64,000 bases of DNA from Basidiobolus meristosporus CBS 931.73 (lineage: Eukaryota; Fungi; Basidiobolomycota). Positions within the stretch are counted from its first letter, which is position 1. Each line of letters starts with the position of its first letter. Of the stretch, positions 1 to 11,100 are shown piece after piece. The translations under genes were made by a program, and so were the position numbers. The notes beneath the pieces are model-generated. The model was not told the origin of the DNA. It did not search any database and worked only from the letters and a program-made list of their open reading frames with translations. The stretch covers positions 139,632 through 203,631 of the forward strand of contig MCFE01000039.1 in assembly GCA_002104905.1 (NCBI GenBank), written 5' to 3'.

Positions 1-593
1 TGATATTTAGTGCAGTCGACATGGATTATTGGATATTGATCTTGGGCTCGAGGGGTGGCAAAGTCTTGGGTCCACACGTTCTTCGTGCTCACATAACCAG
101 CACCAAAATGGGTGAACCCTGGGTTAAGAAGGTTTTTTCTGTGGGCTTGGTATCCGATGAGGATTACTACGCTGACTTTTCTCTAGACAATTGAACCACT
201 TACGCGGAGATTTCATCCATTGTCGCATCACCTGAACGGCGTTGGAATAGCCCTTGGCCACGTTTTCCCCGTACTTACGCCATTGGAAGCCTACTCGCGA
301 AATACGCTCCCCTGGGTTGCTGCGGTCAGAGCCAGTATGGGAAAGGTACCCAAGGCGAAAGGCTTGGTCTTCCGAGTGTTTATGCGCAGCCGAGTTTAGT
401 TTGCTAAGAATGAATGTGTTACGTATATGTATGTCACATTAGCATGGGGAGCATACCTGTTCAGGGAAAGAGGCTTTAGCCCGTACTTGGCTCGCTCCTG
501 GTTTACTAGACAGTAGAGCTTCTCCACGGCGGGGCTAGCGGTAATACAAGTGATCAAAGCTGACCAACATATGATCGATTGTAAGTTTACCAT
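1..593 (-). CDS. Secreted CAP/SCP-domain protein (YkwD-like), 3 exons, 3' end beyond window edge
   Basis: Signal peptide-like MVNLQSIICWSALITCITAS. Spliced by eye: LVNQERAKYGLKPL..SAAHKHSEDQA..YGENVAKGY..QWMKSPPHRKNLLNPGFTHFGAGY..WTQDF, the CAP motifs. GT-AG introns near 457-405 and 214-148. Confidence 0.85.
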
Positions 594-923
594 CTAGTGG
601 CGGCGGAAAGTAGAGTTAGAAAGATATATATGCATACATCCACACCATCACCTGAAACGTGGTCCGCTTTGGCTGTAGCTAAACTATATTATCCCGACCT
701 GTGGAGCAAACTTAATCTAATATCAAGATCTACAGCGCTGTCTCCGGAAAATAGTGTCAAACGAACGTCACGCATCGTAGAGATACTGTGATTGTGAGAA
801 TCATTCCGATGATTGTATCGGGAATCCCTGCCTCATAATCGTGTTTTTTCGGTCGAGTGATTAAAAAAAATCCAGTATGCATTTAGTCAAGCACTGACTT
901 GGTAGCAAACTAGAGTACTGAGA

Positions 924-3216
924 ATGCACGAAACCGTAACCTTACAATTCGGTGAATACGCGAATTTTGTTGGAACCCACTTCTGGAATACACAGGTCAT
1001 TCATAGATTAAGATGAGGGTAGAGAACGAACTAGTTAACCTTTCTGCCATTTTCACTTAAAGGAGGCTTACTTTAGTTATGAGCACTCCACAAATCCTGA
1101 ATTCGAGCACGATGTTTTGTTTCGTGAGGGGAAAACACTATCAGTATGTTTAGATATACTCTACTTTATCCGCGTGTAATTGTGTCTAATCTCATTTATT
1201 AGGGAGTTGATACGTACACTCCTAGACTCCTTATATATGACATGAAAGGTACAGCTGAGCCTTTGCACAGCCCTTATGGATAACTAGAAATATATGGAGG
1301 TGCTGAGGTGTAACAAATGTTAAACCCCCGTCGATAGGTGGCTTTGGCTCTATTCCAAAAGTTTCCGAATTGTATGGTGCTAATGACGAAGACGATGAGG
1401 AAATTATGACTTGGTTAGCCTGTCTTCTATTAACAACGACTCTCCTTGGATCGTACATAACATGTTATCATCCGTAAAGGGAGGGTAGAGTTGAATCCCA
1501 CGATAACTCCAAAAACAGTCAACCTGGCAAAGTACTTGAAGAATAGTTGATATCACCAGAAAGCCCAAACTCACCTACCCCTCTTCAGGTGATGAGTGAT
1601 ACAGACATTGAGAATTGGTCGGATTTCAATCGCATGTATTACCACCCTCGTACCGTCAATGAAATACCGCAAATCTCCTATCAGAGCGAACTCAACAAGT
1701 TCGACTGTTATAACAATGGAATCGACATATTCCAGGAATTTGAGAAAGTAGGATGTAATCAAGTAATATATATGGGTAGTTCCGCTCTAAATACGAAGTC
1801 GTCTAGGAGGCCGAATCTATCGATACGAGCTTCCGTCAGTTCGCTGAGGAGTGTGACTATTTACAGGCATGTAGCACATTCTTGGCTAAACCTAAACCAT
1901 ACCTATTCCAATTTACTGACCATCAATTCCAGTGCATTAATGTTCTAACCAGTGTTTCGGATGGTTTTGGTGGATTTACTAGTAGCTACCTCGAGTATTT
2001 AAAGGACGACTATGCGAAAACACCCGTAGTGACATTTTCACTAGCAGACAAGGTATAGATAAGCACCCACCCATCCACTTCAAAATCTAACCCCAGCTTT
2101 TCTCCAGAATACTACTGTGAAACATAAATTGAATAGTATTCTTAGTTTCGGCCATCTATCTGAACTTTCCAGTATAGTGGTCCCTATGGTTCCACCCCAG
2201 TTGGAGCAGAATAAGGTGTGTATTGTATTGGCCAAAAGTTCCCCAAAACCTAGTTCTAACTGACGACGAATATAGCCTCTCAATCGTTTCCAGTCAAGCG
2301 CCATTCTAGGCATGGCTATTGAAACTGGCACCCTACCCCTGCGGTTTGCTATCTCCTGACCCTTTATGTTTGCAACTATACTGACAGAATACTTGAATAG
2401 ATTGAAGGGAGCACGTATGCAGTTCCCTGATCTCCTCGGGCAGCTCCAGGCAGAATCGTCCTCGAATGTGGCTCTACTTACTTCATTCCTTCCCCTCTCT
2501 TCACCCAAGCAAATCAGTTTGGCTGGATTGGATATTCAACATGTATGAGCATTCATATTTTGAAGTTTATTTCAGCTTCAGTATTCATTGATTAATCAAT
2601 CCATTACACAGGATTCCTCCTTATTTGGTCAGATCTCGGTGCACCGCGGCCTTGACTTACTCACGATGTAACTTTTACCAATGATATACTTGAGCCCATG
2701 GTATGCCAACACTAACCATTTTACAAAGGGAGGAGCTGGCGGATTGGAGCTCACTGTTTCCCACTAATGAATTGGGATATTTCCCAGCTACTTCGGTCAA
2801 AACACCGGTTCCATTGCTCAACACCATGCCGCTTGCACTCCAGAATTCGATAAAACCTTTCTCTAAATGGTAACCGAGGCCAAATTCAAAATTACCCCTT
2901 GTCCAACAACTAAATTTCGCTCTTTTCATTCACTTCAGGAAATTTGGAGCTGGAGGTAACTGTTTCTCTATAGCTACATGCATGTAATCCCTACTTACGC
3001 CACCTCCTAGAATTGGCGCCAACACCCCACATTGTTCAGTGGTGCAATACATTCCAAACACGTGCCATAATGGAGGACTACGCTTCCTTCTTGGATAAGC
3101 TCAGTCTAAGAGCTATGCCAGAATATCAGAGTGGGCCATACGGATACACAGATGATGATTTTGCCGAGCTGAAAGAAATTATACACAATAAGCGAGATGC
3201 CTACTCTCAAGAATAA
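924..3216 (+). CDS. DML1: Misato/DML1 tubulin-like protein, multi-exon
   Basis: Starts MHETVTLQFGEYANFVGTHFWNTQ (Misato segment II). Internal ENWSDFNRMYYHPRT. C-terminal PEYQSGPYGYTDDDFAELKEIIHN. Confidence 0.9.
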
Positions 3217-3526
3217 TTCATATTCGTCGGCCTATCAGTTGAAGCTTCATAGCCTATTTGTAATGAACGAACCATCGTCTCTCTATACAATGGCGAGAAA
3301 TAAGAATTTGATGCAGCAGGGTGAAAAATAAACACGGCCACAGGAAAAGCTGTAAAAGCAACAAACATTCAAGTAATCACCAATTAGGAAGTCACAAATG
3401 TACATCACTTAAAGTTTTTTCAACACCAATGATATATTTGGTTGATGCAGATTATCACCATATGGCATGCAAAACCCCTCAGCACATCTAATAACTGCCC
3501 CATGATAGTTAGACCCCAATTTTGGG

Positions 3527-3571
3527 TTATCAGGTGAGATCAGTGATAAGATAACATTATCAAAATTATCA
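3527..3571. promoter_or_regulatory. Cluster of five HGATAA (GATA-factor) sites upstream of MTD1
   Basis: TTATCA 3527, TGATAA 3544, AGATAA 3549, TTATCA 3557 and TTATCA 3566, all within 45 bp and about 140-190 bp upstream of the MTD1 ATG. Confidence 0.5.
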
Positions 3572-3712
3572 AATCTCCACTGATCAAGAGTCTAACTGTA
3601 GCACATGCTTATTTTGTAGTTGACGGGTCGAAAAATTTTTTGTAGACGTTTAAGCATATGATTTAGGACCGAGCTTTCCTCACGAACACTTCTCACTATT
3701 TCGCCTACAAGC

Positions 3713-4811
3713 ATGTCCTGCAAAAAAGTTCTGGCCTCCGAGGTTGCTGCTCCTTTCAGGTTAGTTTGGGAAGCGTATGGTGGCGTCCCGACCGCGTGCT
3801 AAATTGAATTTTCCCAACTTGCAGACAGGAATTGAAGCAAACCATTCAGGAAAAGGGCATCCGCCCCAAATTGGTCGGTTTCTTGGCAAACGATGATCCC
3901 GCCGCCGTCATGTACGCCAACTGGACAGCAAAGACCTGCGCCGAAACTGGAGTCGAGTTCGAGCTCCGTAAGGTGGATAGAAACAATCTGGAAGAATGTG
4001 TGGTAGAGGCCAATGAAGACAAGAGTATCCACGGGATCATGGTGTACTACCCAGTTTTCGGAGGAAACCAGGTACGTCTAGACTGCGTGTCGCGTGAAAT
4101 CCCCGGTACGCTAATGTTTCTTTTCAGGATCAATATATCCAGAATGTCGTCAGCCCTCGCAAGGATGTCGAGAGCTTGTGCCATCAGTACCGCTACAACA
4201 TGTACCACAACATCCGTTACTTGGATCCCGAGGAATCCCAGAAATGTATCATTCCCTGCACCCCTCTCGCAGTGGTCAAAATCTTGGAATACGTGGGTGT
4301 GTACAACAAGATCCTCAACTACGGCGACCGTCTCCACGGGAAGACTATCACCGTGATCAACCGTAGTGAGGTGGTTGGTAGACCACTTGCCGCACTGTTG
4401 GCCAACGACGGAGCCAAGGTGTTCTCGGTCGATGTGACTGGCATCCAAGAGTTCCATCGTGGACAAGGGCTGAAGTTGAAGAAGCATGAGGTATGTTGCT
4501 GACCACTGAGAATCTCTGGGCATCCCAGTATAGTAACAAAGAACAAATAGGTTTTTGAATGCGATAAAACCTTGGAAGAGGTGGTTGCCCTCTCCGACGT
4601 CGTGATCACCGGTGTCCCCACCAAGTCCTACAAGCTTCCCACCTCCTTGCTCAAGGACGGGGTCGTCGCCCTGAACTTCTCCACCTTCAAGAATTTCGAG
4701 GATGATGTCACCGACAAAGCCTCCATCTACATCCCTTCCGTGGGCAAAGTCACAGTCGCCATGTTGGAGAGAAATCTAATCAGATTATATGATTATCAAA
4801 CACGTGCATAG
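3713..4811 (+). CDS. MTD1: NAD-dependent methylenetetrahydrofolate dehydrogenase, 4 exons
   Basis: MSCKKVLASEVAAPF, KLVGFLANDDPAAVMYANWT, HGIMVYYPVFG, IIPCTPLAVVKILE and INRSEVVGRPLAALLANDGA match yeast Mtd1 motifs. Confidence 0.93.
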
Positions 4812-5127
4812 ATAGCAGCCATAACTCCATAGAAGCACCACCTTAGATTCCAGCTACCCATCCATACTTAAACAACAATAAATTTCTGGCATTCCAACTT
4901 AAACACACTCGACCCCATCTCGTATGATGAGCGGACCAATTTCACCAGGAAAAAAAATGTGGAAAAAAAGGGGGCCCAAGGCGGATGATACGGGCGACGA
5001 GGGCATTTTTTTTCTAATGTAGTCGAGTCTAAATCGATCGGGGAATTCTTTTTTTTTTTGTGATTACATACCAGCCTTGGGTCCGCCTCATTCCCATTGA
5101 AACTCGTTTTCTTACCCACAGTAAAGA

Positions 5128-6340
5128 ATGCTCAGAGCCATGTAAGAACGCCCTTGAAGTTTGCTCGTTTGTAGAAGGATCCGAGGTTAACCAACGTTCT
5201 ATTTCCCATAAAGCAAGCCCAAAAACGCCCGTTCCAAACGCGCTTTCGAGAAACGTGAACCCAAGGTGGTGGAGAATACCAAGACCGCCTTGTTCATTCG
5301 CGGTAGCCAGACCAGTCAGATAGTGAATGACGCATTGAACGATCTGGTATGTACACCCTTATCGTGGGAACCGTTCGCCTGTCGGTTTCGACTGACCTTT
5401 TCTCTCCTTCGCCACCAAAGTACTCCCTCAAGAAGCCCGATGCCATCAACTTCACCAAGAAAAACCAAATCCACCCCTTCGACGACGATACCAGCCTGGA
5501 GTTCTTCAGCAAGAAGAACGACACCTCCTTGTTCGTTGTCGGTACCCACTCCAAGAAGAGACCACACAACTTGATCCTGGGTAGAACTTTCGACCACCAG
5601 ATTCTTGATATGCTTGAGCTTGGCATCGAGCGTGCCACCCCGATCAAGGAATTCAAGGTTAGCTAAGCGGACTGACGCCATCGATGTGTATTGCTTGGCA
5701 CACTAACCGGATTTTCATTTGTGCAGTCTTCCAAGTGCGCGGTTGGCATGAAGCCTTGTTTCGTCTTCAACGGGGAGATCTGGGACCAGCGCGAGGATTA
5801 CTCTAAGCTCAAGAACATGCTCTTGGACTTCTATCACGGACAGACTGTGGATTCGGTCAACTTGGCCGGTTTGGAGTACGTGATCTCGGTTACCGCCGGT
5901 CCTCTCAAGGCCGACGGTACCCCAGGGACCGTCTATTTCCGTGTGTACACTATTCAAATGAAGAAGTCCGGTCAACGCACACCTAGAGTTGAGCTCGAGG
6001 AGATGGGCCCATCATTGGACTTGACTTTCAGAAGATCCAAGTTCGCCCCCGAGGAGATCATGAAGCAGGCCACCAAGGCTCCTAGAGAGCTCAAGGTTAG
6101 TACATTTGTATATACATCGCGCACCGCCGGACAACCCATACTGACCAGCCCAATCCTTTCCAGCCCAAGAAGGTCAAGAACATCCAACACGATGAGATGG
6201 GCGACAAGTTCGGACGCATCCATCTTGGCAGACAGGACTTCGAGAAGATCCAAACCCGTAAGATGAAGGGTCTGAAGAAGGAGTCCGACAAAAACAAGAA
6301 GAGAAAGACCTCCGAAGAGGAGAGCGAAGGTGAAGAGTAA
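5128..6340 (+). CDS. RPF2: Brix-domain ribosome biogenesis protein Rpf2, multi-exon
   Basis: MLRAI|KPKNARSKRAFEKREPKVVENTKTALF, KKNQIHPFDD, SKKRPHNL, RVELEEMGPSLD; basic/acidic tail ending GEE*. Confidence 0.93.
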
Positions 6341-6766
6341 TCAGGGCCGGGGCTAGCTCGCCCTGCTCTTGGTATTGCATTAATCATGTACTCACTCTCG
6401 AGACGGAACTTCTCTTTCTTCGCACAGTTATATATCACCTTTGACTTTCTTTCGTTCGAAACCAATTGAATTATTGTACCCATTTTAAGATAGACAATGC
6501 TAGTAATAATAAAGAAAAGGCGCTGTACACGACCGTTCTAAATGGCCACACTTCCACACCTCCGCACTTCACTCGCAACGTTGGGTGATTCAGCTAGTAT
6601 ACATCATCTTTCATGTCAATTTATCATTAGTCCTGAAGGCCAAGGGTTGTGGGCGGTTTCGGGAGATTGGAGGATTCAGAAAATCAATGGATGGCTATCT
6701 ATGTTTCCAAAAAAGATCAATGATGTGGTTGGGGGGGGGAGAAGAGAGACATCGCGTGAAAGAAGA

Positions 6767-7898
6767 TTAATCCGAAGTGGGGGGATCCGAGGGCTCGGCA
6801 GGTTTGGTGGGTTTGTTCGCCTCTTCGTATTCTAGTAAGCGGTCGATGTCCGACACTTTCCACGCGAGTGTGCCATCGTTCCAAGCGACGGCAAGCTTGT
6901 TGGCTGGTTCATAGTACTCTGTCTCGAACGACATGATGATGCTACGACGGGCCTTGTTGTCTACGATGGTCGTCTCATTCTGTGACAGTTGGAAATGTAT
7001 GTCGGCGTCCACCTCCACGTCGACTTTGAAGAAAATCCCCTTGTCGCTCTCCTTGGCGATGAATTCGACGTACTTCGCGAAGGATTCGCTGTCCAAGCCC
7101 TTCTTGTGGTAGGCCAGCGTGTACGTGCAAGTCTGGCGTCTTACATAATTCTTCGTATCTGTCAACGCTTTTTGGGGGCCCTCGATGACCCATATGTCCT
7201 TCACCAAACCGTCGTAGAGACGAACGAAGTCGATGTTGACGCTGGCGTTTCGCTTGGATAAGTTTTCAAGTTCTGCGGCATAGCGTTCGTACAGCTGGTG
7301 GCTCATGTTGTCCTTGAGGTATGGTAGGTTGCTGCTGCTTATGTTGCGGCAGATTTCTTTCGTAGCAAGCGCGGCTAAGTCAGAGAGCAGTGAGTACTCG
7401 AAAGGTCAGCAAGTAATATAGACTCAACCACGCTAGTAAGTGTTCGTACCTCCGATAAGGAATTGGTCGGGGAAATAGTCTGGCGAGGTGTAGCTTTGGA
7501 GCTTAGAGCCACAATGCCAGCGAGCGATGGGCGGCACGATATATTCCGCAAGTGGGAAGTTCTTGACCCGCGGGTGCATGTTGTATTTTGGTGTGCCTAT
7601 GCGTGGAGGTTGCTCGCCATACAACCACGCTGAAGAGAAAAAAGGGGGCCAGGTTAGAAAGCCTTGGCTAGGTGGAGCGCTTCTACCCAACAAACATACG
7701 GAATTTTACTGGCTCTTCGGTGCCGTCAAAGGTTGACGGCTCGGGATTCTCTGAACCCTTGGCTGAGAAATACCTACTAGGTATTATCTGGGCTGAGGCA
7801 TTCTTCACTACAGGTGCAAGGACAAGTCGTCTGGCAATGTTAGGGTGGATTCGGACGCCACGGCGCCAGACGTTCGCACTACTCAACGAGCTCAACAT
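6767..7898 (-). CDS. Mitochondrial Tim44-like/MAIP1-like protein, 3 exons
   Basis: N-terminus is Arg/Ser-rich with no acidic residues (MLSSLSSANVWRRGVRIHPNIARRL...RYFS), like a presequence. Spliced core DQFLIGA|ALATKEICRNISSSNLPYLKDNMSHQLYERY and terminal WKVSDID resemble the Tim44-type domain. Confidence 0.55.
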
Positions 7899-7922
7899 TT
7901 TAGAAATGGAAATGATATGTAA

Positions 7923-7950
7923 AACGTACAACGTATAACGTATAACGTAT
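7923..7950. repeat. Short tandem repeat (AACGTAT)x~4
   Basis: aacgtacaacgtataacgtataacgtat, about 25 bp upstream of the proposed ATG at 7898. Confidence 0.7.
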
Positions 7951-8175
7951 CGCTGTCCTTAGTATCTGGAATATGTCGGAAATACTATGAAATGGTCGAT
8001 TGAAAAATTGGCGTCATCACCTAACACCTAATGCTCCCCAACTTGTCCCCAAATAGAATAACCCAGTGATTGTGGAATTGAAAAACCCATTTGCTATGTG
8101 ATCTATTCAATTGTCTGTGCTGGAACAATTCTAATATTTATTCTTATTACAAGGCGATCATCATCAGCATCAAAT

Positions 8176-11100
8176 TTAACGATAGTCGGTGAATCTCAAG
8201 TTGGAGTTGTTACCCTGCCCGAACGATGCCGAGTTGGTTCCGCCGAATGTGTTGGTTGTGGAGCCGCCAAACACATTTTCCACTGGTTGCATGTTGGCTT
8301 CTTGATCAAAAACGTTCCCTTGGTTGGCCAAAGAGCCAAAGCTGTTGTTGGCCTGAGTAAAGCCTTGCCCGAATGGTTTGGATGGGCTAGTTGTTTGAGC
8401 AAAACCGCCGCCGAAGGGTGCAGAGGTACCAAACGAGGAGGAGTTTGCCCCCATAGAGTTGGTGGATCCAAATGTACCGCCTGGTGTTATTGAAGTAGTG
8501 GAACCAAAGGCAGGTGCCGAGGATCCAAAAGCGGTGGTGGAGCCGAAAGCTGGCGCGCCAGAACCGAAAGAGGTAGTGCTTCCAAAGGCAGGGGTGTTTG
8601 ATCCTAGAGAACTAGCTGAACCAAAGGCAGGTGCCGAAGATCCAAAGGTAGTCGACCCAAAGGCAGGTGCAGTTGTATTAGAACCAAAGGCAGACGGTTT
8701 ATCATTTGATACTGTAGATCCAAATGCCGTGGTTGACCCGAAAGCAGGTGCAGCTGTACTAGAACCAAAGGCAGAGGGTTTATCATTTGATGCTGTAGAT
8801 CCAAATGCCGTGGTTGACCCGAAAGCAGGCGCAGTTGTACTAGAGCCGAAGGCAGAGGGTTTATCGTTTGGTGTCGTGGATCCAAAAGCCGTGGTTGACC
8901 CGAAAGCAGGTGCAGTTGTACTAGAACCGAAGGCAGATGGCTTACCCATTGGTGAGGTAGATCCAAATGCGGTAGTTGAGCCAAAGGCAGGTGCACTGGT
9001 GGTACTAGAACCAAAACCTGATGGTTTATCTCCCAGAGTAGAGGATCCAAATGTAGTGGTAGAACCAAAAGTCGAAGGTTTGGATGCTGATGTAGCAGAC
9101 CCAAATGCAGTGGTTGAGCCGAACGCAGGTGCGCTGGTAGTGCTGGAGCCAAAGGCTGTTGGTTTATCGGTTGAAGCAGAAGATCCAAACGCTGTAGTTG
9201 AACCAAAAGCGGGGGCGGTTGTACTAGCGCCGAAAGCAGATGTGGATGAGCCAAAGATTGCATTGCCGATACCAAAGGGCGATGAGGAAGTGAATGATTT
9301 CCCGTTATCTGAGGATGACTTGTCTGGCTCATAAATATTGATACTGTCAAGATCCAAACCATCCTGGGAAGCGTTTTCATCGGACATCATACTATCGTCA
9401 TTAACATCCTCATTTTCGGATTCTGGTTTACTCTCTAATACCTTTTCATCAACGGTATTGTCCGTTTTCTCCGATTGATCTTGAGCCTCTACAGTTTGGT
9501 CGTTCGCTAACTCCTCTGTATCCCTCGTGTCTTCTTCAGGTTGTTGCAATTCATTCTTTTTGACGTCAGCTTCTGGTATATCCTCCTTAGCTTCCGTTTC
9601 GGAAATTTTCAGTGACTCCAAGTTAGAGGTAGTGTTGAGGGCGGTCTTTTCTTCCTGAGCAGGTTCAGCTTCAGTCTTAGCTTTATCTTGGTCCTGATGG
9701 TCATTGCCATCAATTTCTCCGGTGCTAGGACTGATCGATTTGTTGGCAAATGAGAACCCAGTAGAAGCTGGGGATTCTGCAGGTTTACTAGCAAAAGAGA
9801 ATCCGGTAGAGGCTGGAGAGGCAGCTGCAGAGTCACTTGGCTTACTGGCAAAGGAGAACCCGGTGGATGCTGGGGAGGCAGCTGTAGAGTCGGTTGGCTT
9901 GCTAGCAAAGGAGAATCCGGTAGAGGCTGGAGAGGCAGCTGCAGAGTCACTTGGCTTACTGACAAAGGAGAACCCAGTGGATGCTGGGGAGGCAGCTGCA
10001 GAGTCACTTGGCTTACTGGCAAAGGAGAACCCGGTGGATGCTGGGGAGGCAGCTGCAGAGTCGGTTGGCTTGCTAGCAAAGGAAAATCCGGTAGAGGCTG
10101 GTGATGCAACTGCAGAGTCAGTTGGCTTACTAACAAAGGAGAATCCGGTGGAGGCTGGTGAGGCAGCCGGGGATTCCGTGGGTTTTGGTTGGGTAGCAGA
10201 GGAATCGTCTGGCTTGCTGGCAAAGGAGAATCCGGTGGTGGCTGGCGAGGCAGCTGGGGATTCCACAGGTTTGCTAGCTAAGGAGAAGCCGGTTGATTTT
10301 GGCTGGGTAGGAGAGGAATCGTCTGGCTTACTGGCAAAGGAGAATCCGGTGGAGGCTGGCGAGGCAGCTGGGGATTCTGCGGGTTTTGGTTGGGTAGCAG
10401 AGGAATCGTCTGGCTTGCTGGCAAAGGAGAATCCGGTGGTGGCTGGCGAGGCAGCTGGGGATTCCACAGGTTTGCTAGCTAAGGAGAAGCCGGTTGATTT
10501 TGGCTGGGTGGGAGAGGAATCGTCTGGCTTACTGGCAAAGGAGAATCCGGTGGAGGCTGGGGATTCCGCGGGTTTTGGTTGGGTAGCAGAGGAATCTTCT
10601 GGCTTGCTAGCAAAGGAGAATCCGGCGGGTGCTGGCGAGGCAACGGGGGACTCCGCGGGTTTGCTAGCAAATGAGAAGCCGGTAGATTTTGGTTGGGTGG
10701 CTGGGGAGTCGGCTGGCTTGCTGGCAAAGGAGAACCCGGCAGACCCTGGTGGTGTAGCAGTGGATTCTACTGGCTTACTGGCAAACGAGAAGCCGGTGGG
10801 TTTTGGCTGGGTAGTAGCAGAGTCAACCGGCTTGCTGGCGAAAGAGAGACCGGTGGTTGCTGACGAGGTAACCGGGGATTCGACAGGCTTAGCGGCAAAC
10901 GAGAAGCCGGTGGACGCTGGCGTAGCAGCTGGGGATTTTTCTGGCTTACTGGCAAGGGGGGATTCGCTGGAGGCAGCTGGGGTAGAGGAGGAATCGGCTG
11001 GTTTGCTGGCAAACGAGAACCCAGTGGATGCTGGGGAGTCGGTCGATTTACCGGCAAGCGAAAATCCGGTCGTTGCAGAGTCGGCTGGCTTGCTGGCGAG

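Noticed and set aside
3630-4931. RRPE-like GAAAAATTTTT (3630) and PAC-like GATGAG (4926) motifs
   Set aside because: Single short matches expected by chance in AT-rich intergenic DNA. The RRPE-like site precedes MTD1 rather than the ribosome-biogenesis gene.
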